Below, in pieces: positions 50,969 to 63,665 of a stretch of DNA of 64,000 nucleotides. Position numbers and translations under genes: made by a program. How positions within the stretch are numbered: the stretch's first letter is position 1; the number at the start of each line of letters is the position of its first letter. Below the pieces are notes generated by a model. That model saw nothing but the letters and a program-made list of their open reading frames with translations, was not told the DNA's origin and did no database searches. The stretch covers positions 45,322,001 to 45,386,000 of the forward strand of contig NC_043008.1 in the NCBI RefSeq assembly GCF_006345805.1, given 5' to 3'. The DNA comes from Octopus sinensis. Its lineage: Eukaryota.

Positions 50969-51180
50969 TGTAATGTATTGTCTTTGTAACTCCTCTTCTA
51001 CATCAATTATCCCTATAATATTCTGCAGCGTGATTACATGGTTTCTAATCGTTGTAGATTAGTGTAATATTGAGCTATATGTGCATGAGCTTTAAGAGAC
51101 TTCTCCCTGCATCCTCATCAAGCGTGCGTAATAAAGAATGTATTTGATCCCACTGGTATCTACGTCCCGTTTGTGGGACA
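50969..51180 (+). mobile_element. Probable solo LTR (212 bp)
   Basis: TGT...ACA ends, internal AATAAA, near-TSD ATGCT/TTGCT (4 of 5 match). Confidence 0.5.
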
Positions 51181-51990
51181 TTGCTTTCTGTTTCTCTCTC
51201 CACTTTAAATTACAGAATTTACGAAGCCCCCCCCCACTGGTTTTATTATAGATTATTGAATAGACTAACGTCTTATAAATTTTGATGTCTCATGTTATTT
51301 GACATTAAGAACGTCTGGAATGCTCGGTTTAAAGTGTCATAGTTAAATGTGTATTGTGCGGTAAAGAAAGAAGAAAAACATTACTAATATTTTAGACAGT
51401 AACATTCATTATTTCAGATTAAAGTGGCTATGAATATTGATAGCCATAATTTATTCAAATACGTAGAGAGTTTTTGTCAGCCGTTAATCTGGCGATTTAT
51501 AAGTGAGAGATCAGCGGCACAATCAGTTGGATGCTTGGATAAAATGATTTCAAAAATAAGTTGTTTACACCTGTATTCAAATACTACAGGAGTTAACTTC
51601 ATCATTCAATATTTCCAGAGATGTTTATATATATATATGCCAAGCATCAAACTTTGTACATTTCAGCCGACGTTTATCTTCGGCAAAATCCAAGGCCTTG
51701 AATTCATCTAAAAAGAAAATATTGCCTTAAATAAATTAAATCCTCCTTGATTATGTAACGAGAGCTTAACAAAAACCCCGGATCTGTTTTTTCAGGGCGT
51801 TGTCTGCGATCTACTCTTGGCAAAGATTCTTTAACTCTTGTAGCAATATTCACATTCCCTTTAATGAGATTGAATTTTGGCTCTCTATAAGTTTATATAT
51901 ATCGATACAATAATTTTTTCTTGTCAGGAACAAAAAATGGTTTAATAGGACTGCAATAGAAGTGCTCTATTGGAAGAGACAAAAATATCA

Positions 51991-53541
51991 AACTAAAATC
52001 ATTGAACAAGCAAATACAAAGTCAACCGCATGTCATTTCATAATTCGAACATTTAATTATAGAATAAACATATAACCCGCAAGATGGAACAAAATTCATA
52101 TGTACAGCACGTAATAATAATAATATGGTATGGTGCGAGAAAAATTCTTATCATTAAAAATTTAGAATTAATATTTTAGCGATTCACAGAGAATACATTT
52201 ATAAAGACGTAGAAAGTAAAATATAATATAAGTAATATATAAAAATATATAGGTATATAAAAATATAGGCATATAAAAATATATAAAACATATATAAATA
52301 TATATACATATAGGAGCATATAAAAAATATAATATATATATGTATATATCGTGTAAATAAAGTAAAATAATGTTCATCGTCTAGAAATCTTAATCAGGTA
52401 AAATAAGCCTTATATATAAGAAGGAAATGTTTACTTATCCCTATGGCCATTTCAGGGGTGTATTATGTTTAAAGCACTAGGGTGCATTCAGATAATACCT
52501 CCTTCGTCAGGAGACAGTGAACCCACCCGCTCCCCCCCAACAAGAAAACAAAAAAAGAAAAAATATAATACAAACAGACGAGAGATTGAAATCGAACCCA
52601 GGCCGTACATTTGTACGATGACTGAACAGAATGAAGTTAAAAGGCTAATGGAAGAGTATAAATGGTATGAAGTTGGTGAGACTAGGTATGCTGTGATTGA
52701 AAAGAAGAACATAGATGAGTTTATGGTGAGGTGTGAAAGGGAGAATTGGGAGGTGAAAGATATAAGAATGAGCGATGAATTCGTGGAAAATATGGATGAG
52801 TATTTCGGAGTAAGAATGGATATGGAAGGTATTCGTATTGGGAATAAACATTCAAGTGACGGTGAAAACCAAAGGTCAGGTAAGTGATGCTAACGGATGG
52901 GGCCTTTAGCATCGCTTTCATATTATCATTTTTCATTTAACAATTCAGTTTTCATAAATTTTTAATTATAATGTTCTATGTCCCCATGTCTTGTGGTGTC
53001 CCCCTCTGTGTCGCCCCTAGTGGATAATAAAGAATCATATCTGAATGCACCCTAGTGCTTTAAACATAATACACCCCTGAAATGGCCATAGGGATAAGTA
53101 AACATTTCCTTCTTATATATAAGGCTTATTTTACCTGATTAAGATTTCTAGACGATGAACATTATTTTACTTTATTTACACGATATATACATATATATAT
53201 TATATTTTTTATATGCTCCTATATGTATATATATTTATATATGTTTTATATATTTTTATATGCCTATATTTTTATATACCTATATATTTTTATATATTAC
53301 TTATATTATATTTTACTTTCTACGTCTTTATAAATGTATTCTCTGTGAATCGCTAAAATATTAATTCTAAATTTTTAATGATAAGAATTTTTCTCGCACC
53401 ATACCATATTATTATTATTACGTGCTGTACATATGAATTTTGTTCCATCTTGCGGGTTATATGTTTATTCTATAATTAAATGTTCGAATTATGAAATGAC
53501 ATGCGGTTGACTTTGTATTTGCTTGTTCAATGATTTTAGTT
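51991..53541. repeat. 504-bp perfect inverted repeat (51991-52494, 53038-53541) around a 543-bp spacer
   Basis: Mirror coordinates sum to 105532 throughout. Identical mirror ORFs at 52168-52377(-) and 53155-53364(+). Spot-checked identical. Confidence 0.93.
52618..52887 (+). CDS. Hypothetical 89-aa acidic protein in the spacer of the inverted repeat (function unknown)
   Basis: ATG...TGA open frame (MTEQNEVKRLMEEYKWYEVG...), non-repetitive, AATAAA at 53026-53031. No family recognised. Confidence 0.35.
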   Translation: MTEQNEVKRLMEEYKWYEVGETRYAVIEKKNIDEFMVRCERENWEVKDIRMSDEFVENMDEYFGVRMDMEGIRIGNKHSSDGENQRSGK

Positions 53542-53562
53542 AAGTTTATATATATACATATA

Positions 53563-53819
53563 TGGAGGAGCAATGGCGCAGTGGTTGGGGCAGCGGTTTC
53601 GATTCCCAGACTGGGTGTTGTGAGTGTTTATTGAGCGAAAAACACCTAAAGCTCCACGAGGTGGCGATCCCTGCTGTACTCTTTCGCCGCAAATTTCTCT
53701 CACTCTTTCTTCTGCTGGCCTGCTCGCTTAGCCAGCGGTGTGGCGTCATTTGAAGGCTAAAAAAATACCAAGCGCATTGTGACCAGCGATGTGTAGCAAC
53801 ATCTGATAGCCTGGTGGGT

Positions 53820-53827
<8 letters not shown>
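53563..53827 (+). mobile_element. SINE with S2 head/core but a different tail
   Basis: Shares TGGAGG..CAATGGC..GTTTCGATTCCCAGAC..TTGTGAGTGTTTATTGAGC..CACCTAAAGCTCCACGAGG with 24292. Tail GCGCATTGTGACCAGCGATGTGTAGC...GTCACGTGA. Confidence 0.8.
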
Positions 53828-53865
<38 letters not shown>

Positions 53866-53868
<3 letters not shown>

Positions 53869-54151
53869 ACCAGTTTCAGGCATTAGGCTGCGGCCATGCA
53901 GGGTCATCGTTGCAGAATTTTAATCGAACAACATTACTCTCAGTACTTATTTTCCAAGCCTGATCTAAGACGTAAACACAACACTGATTGGCAAGCGATA
54001 GTAGTGACAAATAGACACACAGGCACACACTCGCAAATATCTAAGTTTATGTATTTACTTTGCAATTTTCCTGGTGTGAAATCATGTGTTGAAAGAGATA
54101 TTGTAATATTAGAGGATGGTCATATTTTTGGGGCCAATCAACCATTTCATC

Positions 54152-54207
<56 letters not shown>

Positions 54208-54650
54208 CACCATCATTATTATTTTAGTGTCTATTGTCTGAAATCGTTCGTCATGCAGTGACTCCTTCAGCGACTCTCTATTCCACGTTTTAGTTCACGT
54301 GGAATGGAATGTTGATGAAGATGATACAGGACGTGTGACGAAATATTTCAGACAAGGGACACTGAACTAATAATAATAATAATAATAATGATAATAATAA
54401 AGCTGACGTGAAAACCAAGTATATAATGAATGTGATTAATTGGTAAAAACATGACTATTCCCAAAGGTAACAATTTAACAAACTTATAGATATACGACGG
54501 GCTTATTTCAATTTCCGTTTACCAAATTCCCTAACATTTGGTCGCATCAGTGACAATAACCCAAAGTGCCACTCAGTGTTACTGAACTGAACCCGGAACT
54601 ATGTAGTTAGGAGGCAGGCTCCACACCACACAGCCACGCCGGCGCCTGTA
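53866..54650 (-). mobile_element. SINE S3, degenerate, interrupted between ~54030 and ~54470
   Basis: Tail at 53866-54020 and head at 54480-54650 are reverse-complement homologues of 45718-46070. Confidence 0.65.
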
Positions 54651-56344
54651 TTATTCTTATTCTTATTATTGTGTGATTGATTCAGTCTGTTGCAATTCTG
54701 TGCTTGCAGCACCGTGTCCTGCGCATTCTCTGCATTAACAAGGGAAACTCAGAGTAACAAGAGACTAACTCAATGGAAAGAAATTATCAAGCTCTATTAT
54801 GGCGTCGAGTATCCTTTTTCCGGTAGTCTCACGCTAAATCAGTAAACACGCACACACCCACACACGAACATTTCCAGATCCCCTCCATTTTTTTTTGTAG
54901 GCTCAACAATATTTCTCAATATATTACACAACTCGGAGTCGAATTCTTTTGTTTCGCTCTATCTAAATGAATCCGTTTGTATCTGTGAACAATAGCCATT
55001 ACGTATTCAACTTTTCCTCGATAATTTATGCAATAGTTAAAAACAAACTCTGTCGGATTCTGTAATACAGATACAAAGCCTTGCTTTTAAACTGATGAGA
55101 TATTTATACAGCTTGTTCTTGTAATAGGTTTTATTTAAACAAAAAATAATTGATCCCTTTATAATTTAATCCGTATCATTGTAGCTGCATTGAATCAATA
55201 TTCCTGTATTTGCTTGTTAGATTTCTTTCTAGTTATTTTTCCTTCTGTTGTCGCATTAGAGAATACAGAACTCCTTTTGTACATAATCCTATGGAAAAAA
55301 ATGACACGGCACTGACTTGATCCTAATCAAATGAAGCAATTCTATCTGATTGATTATAATGCAGTTTATATAAAAGAAGTTTAAAAGTCTTAAATCAATA
55401 GTTATTACCGAAGTGCAGGTAATTATAAAAATTGCAGCTCTCTACAAATGTTATCAGAACTTTCTAAATGTTAGTATCTTATAATAATGTAAAATAATTT
55501 TTGACGACACTGTACGCTGAGGCGTCTTTGTTTCAGAAATCCTAGAATTAGAATACTAAGATAACACGTATAAACTCATGTTTACAAATAAAATAGCTCA
55601 GATAGAAATATAAAAGCGAAATATCGAACAGTATAGCTCAGTCACAGTTGAAAAGTGAGCTCATAATTATCCAGTGGTTCATTATCATTAGATATTGCGT
55701 CCGAATCCAGTCGAACTTCATTAAGCTTATTTGTTTGAAACAAATGAAATGAGCTGAAGAACATATTCTAGTTGTGTTCTTGGCACGATGTTATCTAATG
55801 AATACAGGAAGTTTAGCCTATGAAACAGCAAAATGTATACTCACGAAGATCAGGATTATGGATCATAATTATGGATTCCTATATGTGTCGTTTTCACTTA
55901 ATACAGATGAGAAAAGTATCACTGGCAATTGTTTGAATACCTTATAACTATATTAAAATAGAATTTGCCTAAACGAATGGATTGTTGATTAGCGACGGTT
56001 AATTTATGAGCTATTTGATAAAATTTCTTCATAACAGCTTGATATATGAATGTATCCTATTCGGCTTGTAAACATTATATACGTATATCTTCTACACAAA
56101 AAAAAGAACATTGCGATATTACGGTTAGATCTTACTTATTTTTAAAATGTGGAATGAATCTATAGCCTGTTCATTGCATTCTATCTCCCCCACCTTCCTT
56201 TCCTACTCCTCTGTCTTCTTTCATAGTTCTGGTACAGGCAAAAATATATTTTAAACGGGATATTGACGAGAAGAAAAGGCTTTTTGAACATGTAACTCAG
56301 TATTTGATTTATCACTTTCTGTTTATGCATCCAGCAGATAAATA

Positions 56345-57777
56345 CAATACCGTGCAAAACTCTTCGGCTACTTTAAACTATTGTAATTTCTACAAATAGC
56401 TAACTTATAAATGGATGTTTCACATTGCGGTTTTTACAGAAGAAATATTGGCCCTTTTGGTGTCATTTACATACCTAATTATTATATTTTGTAGTAGGGA
56501 TTCTGAACGAGAGAGGAAGATGCGAGCCAACCACCAAAACTGGCCATGCAAAAGTTTTCGGCCACCTCACTTAAACCAATCAAGATACGGTATTTTAAAA
56601 TTGAAAAATGTCTATAATGAAAATTTATAACATAACGTTCATTTCAAGAAGTTGCTGTACATTGGTAATATTTCGTGTTGTTTCCCTTAGCCAGAATGAT
56701 TGTTTCAATGGGCTTGGGAAGAGATGTGTACAAATCCTTCACCATCTTCACAGGTACGAGATGCCATTCTCTGTGGCTGTGCTCCCACAACTCTTCAAGA
56801 TTGCATAGTTTCTTCTGAGGAACTCTTCACTTTATTTCTGTCCACATTTGCTCGATGATATTTAAGTTAGGGCTCTGAGCCGGCCAACTTTTCAATACGG
56901 TAACACCTTCATCAACCATACTCGGTTGTGTTGCATTAATAAGCGAGCATTTCCCAGAAAGCCTCTAGGAAAGCGAAACGACCCACGTTACACGACGAAA
57001 ACAGTAAAGTTTGGAGGTAGGAGTCTGATGCTTTGGGGATAGATAAAAATGATGGTTGAAGAATGTTGATTGAAGCTGACGGTAACTTGAATAGTGTGAA
57101 ATGCTGCTAGTTGTTGAAGGACAATTTGATACAAGACTTAGATGAAGGGAACATTTTTCAACATGATGAAAGTCCATGCCTCAGATCGCGTGCAACACAA
57201 CAGATGATGAAGGTCTTACAGTAGTGATAAATTGGCCAGCTCAGAGCCCTGACTTAAATATCATCGAGCAAATGTGGACAGAATTAAAGAGAAAAGTTCG
57301 TCAGAAGAATCCACGCAATCTTAAAAATTTGTGGGAGCTCAGCCACAGATAGTGGTATCTCATACCTGTCAAGATGGTGAGGGATTTGTATGCATTTCTT
57401 CCCAGGCGCATTTAAGCAATTATTCAAGCTAAGGGAAGCCACACGAAATATTACCAATGTACAGTAACTTCTTGAAATGAACATTATGTAATAAAATTGC
57501 ATTATAGACATTTTTTCTAATTTAAAACCCACTATCTTGATTGGTTTAAGTGAGGCGGCCGAAAAATTTTGCACAGCCAATTTTAATGGTTGTCTCGCAT
57601 CTTTCTCTCTCATTCAGAACCCCAACTACAAAATATAACGATTAAGTATGGAGATGACTCCATTAAGGTCAATGTTTTATCTGTAAAAACTGCAATGCGA
57701 GACATCCACTTATAAGTTAGCTATTTGTAGAAATTTACAATAGTTTAAAGTGTCCGAAAGAATTTTTCACGTTAATA
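56345..57777. mobile_element. Tc1-family derivative with foldback structure (3' half duplicated in inverted orientation)
   Basis: TA-flanked ends CAATACCGTGCAAAACTCTTCGG / CCGAAAGAATTTTTCACGTTAATA with inner direct-repeat copies. 56345-56940 mirrors ~57190-57777. Confidence 0.85.
56965..57455 (+). pseudogene. Tc1 (DD34E-type) transposase catalytic-domain remnant
   Basis: [62 protein letters not shown]. Confidence 0.88.
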
Positions 57778-59349
57778 TACCACATATGATGAATTTGAAT
57801 ATATTCGAGCAAGTTGAAAATGAAGTCAGTAAGTTTCTTCCCATGGACTTAGCTATAATTCAAAGATTGTGTCACCGGAATTTCCGTAAACAGAATAAGT
57901 ATAACTATGTTACAAATGTATGAGCCACTGATATAATTACTAATTTGCTCAGTTCACACATATTCACACATTCATAAATATATATATATGAAATTTTAAA
58001 AATCACATAAAAAAATGTTCGTATTATATGCTCGGTACTATCACAAAAGCTGTTGTGTTAACCCGCATTTAGCGATATTTAATTGTGATTGCAACGCAGA
58101 AAACAACTGTGTCTGCAAAGATATCTTTTGGGAAGCGACAATACATAAGTATCTTCTATAATTGTCTTAATGCCCTTCTCTCAGATTGCTTAAAATATTG
58201 GCCTGAACATTTTGTCAATATATAACGCCCAATATAAGTATCTACCATGTTATCTGGTTTCTTAAGATGATTTTGTAGCATGTTAGAGTTGAAGAGGTTA
58301 CAAGATCTTAGCCATCTTTTCATCATCTCTTGAAGAGAAGGGTTACTGGACATAAGGACTATGGATGCGTAGAACTTTGTATTATTCATTGGAAAGCATG
58401 TTTTGTTTGAATTTTATACTTTTAGGTGCCATGTAGCTAAGGTATTTTTCCTTGATAGAAGAGAATAGTAAGTTCTTTTACATGCATGCATGGAAGCAAT
58501 TTTGTGTTTAAAATTCACTGGAGAGCAGGTCTTGTTTGTAGTGTAGATTTTCACGCGAGTATGTGTATTCACTGGCCAAAGCTTTTTGTGTGCGTTTGGC
58601 TGAATTAATGTGTGCCTGTTCGTAGTATTTTTGAAGTTGAATTAACTTTGGTGTCTGTAATGTGATATTACCACATTCTTCTTCTTTAGGGGTTTTGTGA
58701 TGCGTGATTATATAGTATGTTTTCTATGGAGCAAAGGAGACAGAAAGAGTAGTCTGTACATCATCATCAATATATGATAAAACATAGTCTTATTATTTAT
58801 AAATTTGTACTTGCATTTATGTGCTTTCGAAACTCTCAGAGGTATTAAGACAAAGACATTGAGTGTGTTTAAACGTTAAATACTGTGAACTACGCATTTT
58901 GGAATTGATTGCATTGCTAAAAATAAGATGTACCTTTAATACAGTAAAGTGGAAAAGCGGCAAACAATTAATATGGACAAAAAATTATATCAAACTCCAG
59001 AAGCTAAAACCAGATATTGATTCGTTATATGTATATGTAATGGCAGTCCAGTAAGAAAAATAAATTGAATATCTTGATAGAGTTAAATGACTATGCAACA
59101 ATTACATATGACTCCAATGCTACAGGAATATGTAAAGCAAAAATACATATGTGTATAGAGAAATATGATAATGTTAAATTTTGTGTTTAAGCAGTTAAAG
59201 TAGAGATAGACAACAGGAATTTCATGAATGGAACAGGATGTTCTACTGATATACTCCCAACCGTTTTTTATTGTTTTAAATAAATTTCAAAGTTGTATGT
59301 AGGAAACGTTGCTCTTGCACCATGCAACTGAGCACATTGTTTGCCATTA

Positions 59350-59532
59350 CGTTATTTCGTCTGCCGTTACGTTCTGAGTTCAAATTCCGCCGAGGTCGAC
59401 TTTGCCTTTCATCATTTCGGGTCGATAAATTAAGTACCAGTTACGCACTGGGGTCGATGTAATAGACTTAATTCGTTTGTGTGTCCTTGTTTGTCCCCTC
59501 TATGTTTAGCCCCTTGTGGGTAATAAAGAAAC
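59350..59532 (+). mobile_element. SINE S1 3' part with L1/Tx1-like tail
   Basis: GAGTTCAAATTCCGCCGAGGTCGACTTTGCCTTTCATC..., ending GTCCCCTCTATGTTTAGCCCCTTGTGGGTAATAAAGAAAC. Confidence 0.85.
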
Positions 59533-60614
59533 AAATACTAGCATATATAAAATTCCAAGAACAATTGCTAATTCTGTCCCAATCTGAAACATTCTGAGGA
59601 ATTGTATAATCGATTTAATCGAAGTCAGCTCTTGTCTGTCGCTTATTTCCTTGTTGGAGGGAGTAATGAGAAAATGTTTTACAGCGTATACGTTTTTCTT
59701 TTTATACGTTTGTGCGAATTATTTTTGAGGTTAATAAATAAATATTGATCACGAATTGATGTCAATTTAAATTGTCTTCCCAATCAAATTTCAGGCTTTA
59801 ATGGTTGTATCAGCAGTTAATAATACTGAAGTTATGTACATGACAGAATGCGTACACCAGCAAGGAGACTACGGCTTCGTTGGGTACAAAATTAAATTCT
59901 TGTCGACGATAATCTATTTTGATGTACTTTAAAAATTAATGTCGTTATTTAATCCCAGGTGAAACTGAAGTCGAGTTGATCTGTAACGAAAGGTGCTGTA
60001 ACTCTGACCTTATGTATTTTATCTTGGCCACTGCATCGCCCACTGTACCTTTTGTTTCGTCCACTCTTTTTCTTTGAAGACTGAACAGTGTCGTTTCAGC
60101 AATATATTTCCCGCTATTTCTATGAGCTCGAGCTACTAACTAGAGTTTTCTTTAGGAAGTGTTTACTTGTTCTGTGTTCTGTAGGCTTTGTGATTCCTAA
60201 GTTTGGGAAAATATTTCATAGTAGCAGTTGTTGATCATGTGAAATATATAAATATATACATTCACAAACATAACTGCGTGTGAGAGTTTTTGTAGTGTAA
60301 TTTATGCAGAGTGTGTTTAGTGAAGAGTATATAAACTTACTTATAATATCAGTTTTATTATTATATTTAATGGAATATCTGTAGGGAATTGTAGGCTATT
60401 GAAATGATTTTTGTGGATTGTATCGGAAGATCTTAGCTGTGGCATTCTATGTTCACACGATGCATTAATTATTGTTGTTACAATTTTTCTTATAACCCAC
60501 AGAAATTGATTATTTCGAGATTCCTGTATTTGCACAAAATTTATGATCGTTTGGGAGTGTGAAATCATGCATTAAGCTGTTATAGTTTGTTGCGGGACGG
60601 AAGTCATAACGGAA

Positions 60615-61005
60615 ATAGGTCCAAGGGATGTGAACGTCAAGACAGATACAGAGGGCCGGTGGTTGTGGATGAGGATGAATGACCTGAAGATAGAGACAGA
60701 AGCAGTCGTATGTACAGATTTGGAACAAGCATTAAGGGCCAACTATATGACGTGCAGAATAGACAACACTACCTAGAGCGACAAATGTAGAAGAATGTGT
60801 TGAGAGGAGTGAAACTGTATGGCACATCGTTAGCGAACGCCCGAAATTGGCACAACGCGAATACAAAAGACACCATGACAATGTAGTAAGAAGGATCAAT
60901 TGGGAGCTCTGTGGAAATCACGGCCTACAAAGAGCAAAGACATGATATAAGGGAATTCCAGTAGTCACCGAAAATGAGAATTGCTAAATCCTGTGAGATG
61001 CATTT
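60615..61005 (+). mobile_element. R4/Dong-like fragment, same family as 2985-3770
   Basis: Homologous to 2990-3340 (GACCTGAAGATA..ACAGAAGCA, GAACAAGC.TTAAGG.CCAACTATATGA, CATGACAATGTAG). Confidence 0.85.
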
Positions 61006-62689
61006 TGACATAACGTGGTCACGTACTGAACGTTAGCTCACCATAAAGAAGTTGCCTATCTAGCGGAGTCTGTGTTTATGGATGTGAGCTTCAATGCTGA
61101 ATGTGTCAGCATTTTTGGGTACTTTAGAATTAATTTTATGTGACATTCTAGCTTATACTGCTACTAGCTACTACTAGCTACTTGTATGCCCTTCACTAGT
61201 CTCAAACACCAGGTTTCTTTCAAGAACGAATGCCTAAGAAGCCAAAAATGCATTTAGCGGTCTACAAAAGGTTTTGAGATGACAATGGTTTCCTTACACC
61301 TCTATACCTAAAGCGAGAATATTTCCAAGAGTCTGCAGTGAAACTGCGTTTAGATGTTAAAATATTCTCCAATGATAAATAGGATAACTAAAAACTTTTT
61401 GCATCAATGTTTCACGCTACTACTAATATTTATTGATCCCGGGTGGTTCACGTGCGCAAGACAGTAAATAGTATTGATTGCCTTTTCATAAAGCTAAAAC
61501 TTTTAGTCAGCTCAGAGTTGTCTCTTTTGGTATCCCTAACTGAAGATATCTAAGAAGCTAGAAATGCATGTAGCAATCCAGAGGGTGTGCTTCGAGTTGA
61601 TAATGTTCTCCTTATATCATTTTAAAGAATGTGAAAAATTTTCACCACGGTAAACTGTTATGAAATTGCCTTTAGAAGTTGAAATATGTCTCAAATATAT
61701 TTGAATTAACCCAGAGTTTGGTTACATACACACACACATTCTCTCTTTCAGTCACTCTCTCACATGTACACCTCATGTATATTGAAAAAAGGGATTATCT
61801 CTAAATTTATCCGTAGCCAACTGATTTTCTCTTCTATCTTGATAAATTTGATATATTTAAAAAATACTTCTTAGCATTAAAACAAATTAAACTTAGAAAT
61901 CTCAACTTTCACTTCTATATTCTTTGAGTGAGTGAGTGTGTATGTATGAGTGCATCTGCGCATATATTTAGTGCGTGAAAAAAACGAAATGCAGAAAGAA
62001 AGAGAGTTCAATATCAAAGTCACATTCAGTGTCTACTGTGGGGGTAAATATGACTAGTGATGGATCTTACACGAACATACTACTGAGATGGCAATGATAT
62101 TAAAGAGAATAAGATGACGGGTTGTATTCCTATACATTTTGAATGAGAGAGAAAGAGAGAGAGAGAGGGAGAGACAAACCAATCTGCTTCAGAGGAGTCG
62201 TTTGTTCTTAGCAATCTGGACTATTGCTTGCAATTATGGTTTCCACACAGTATTAAAGCGACAAAAGCAATCCAATGTGTCATTTCTAAAAAATAACACC
62301 CAGAGTTGTACCAGTCAACAAAGTGGTCACCGCTGCATAGTCCAGATGTTTGTCGTCGCCATCAAAAAAAGAAAACCAAAAAAAAAACCCAGCTGCAATT
62401 TAGGTTCCAAAGAACTTGTGAAATCTACATGGAATAAATGTAAAGGGGTTCAAGATGCATCTAGAGACTCTGTTTTCTGATATCCAGGATGAACCGACAT
62501 CACTGCAAGAAACGTAAGGGAAAACAGTGGAAGTAAACTATCTTATTCATCAAAGTTTAAGTACAGGAATGATGAAGCAATTCAAATATTGTCCTATCAT
62601 GGCAATAGCCCACGCACTGGAACTAGTGAAAGAGTAATGTACAAGCACGCACCCATATACACATACACGCACTTATTAGGTTTGTCCTC

Positions 62690-63345
62690 CATGCTACTGA
62701 CTAAGTCATTTTTAGAATCATCTTTACAATTTCTGGTTCCTGAAATAGCATGAAATTCTGGCATGGAATCAGCAGTTCCAACAGAAATACAAAATACCTG
62801 AGTTAGGTCTATAGCTTTCCCGTTGCTCTCGTCTCCTTAGCTTCTTCGCCCATATCATATTTAGAGTGATGTACTCCAGGGTACACAACACTACGATACT
62901 GTTATCGTTGCGTTCAATTCATCATCAATAAAAAAAAACCTTGACAGTGTACTTCCAAGGATGGTGAGCAATTCTATGTCTGCCGAACGTTAGTTGTTGA
63001 CTGTCAGGAGTGGTTCAATATAAGATTTTCCGAGAGCGAGTTGGTACAAGACTTCGATGTTTTGATACTGATTCTGAGGAGGCCGAAGTTATCTCAGGCT
63101 ACAGTAAAGTTGTCTAAGTTTGGTTGAACCTCCTGTTTGCATTCAGAACATAATCATCTGCATTGAAGGAACTTCCTTGTGGTAGTGAACCTGCTTTTCA
63201 TTATTGCTTTGAAGTGGCTGGTGTTAAAAATGTCACTATCATATCTGATATTTTGGTGTTTAATGGGAGAATGCACGTGAAGCAGTGCGTGAAACATCAA
63301 GCTGAAGTGCGAGGTACTAGTACACAAACCTGCTTCATACTATAG
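62690..63345 (-). mobile_element. RTE-clade LINE RT C-terminal fragment, degenerate
   Basis: Minus strand KAGLCTSTSHFSLMFHALL..., NIEVLYQ..., YIEPLLTVNN, ILGSTLSR...IDDELN. Confidence 0.65.
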
Positions 63346-63626
63346 GGAACAGCGAAAAGTGACGATAATTCTCTCTCATTCAAGACATGAGCTAGCATGC
63401 CATTGCCAAATTAATGTGTTATGTTCATAAACTTGTCTATGCAACAAAATTTCTTCATTATTTTCCAAAAGCCTAGTCTGTTTACACTACCACACATTCC
63501 CTAACATCATTTTATTTCTGTCCTTATTACGTACGTGGTCAATTACATTTATTTCTCTTCTTTCATCATTTCTCTCTCCTCTCTCTCTCTGCTAATCCAC
63601 ACACACACACACACACGCATATATAC

Positions 63627-63665
<39 letters not shown>

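Noticed and set aside
52168-52377. Identical 69-aa ORFs in both arms of the 504-bp inverted repeat
   Set aside because: Low-complexity Y/I/F translation of AT-rich sequence. Useful only as proof of arm identity.
53041-53150. Possible hammerhead in the 504-bp arms (CCCCTGAAATGGCC...)
   Set aside because: No CUGAnGA core or correctly placed GAAA/UH on either strand.
58156-58389. 77-aa minus-strand ORF
   Set aside because: No motif or splice support.
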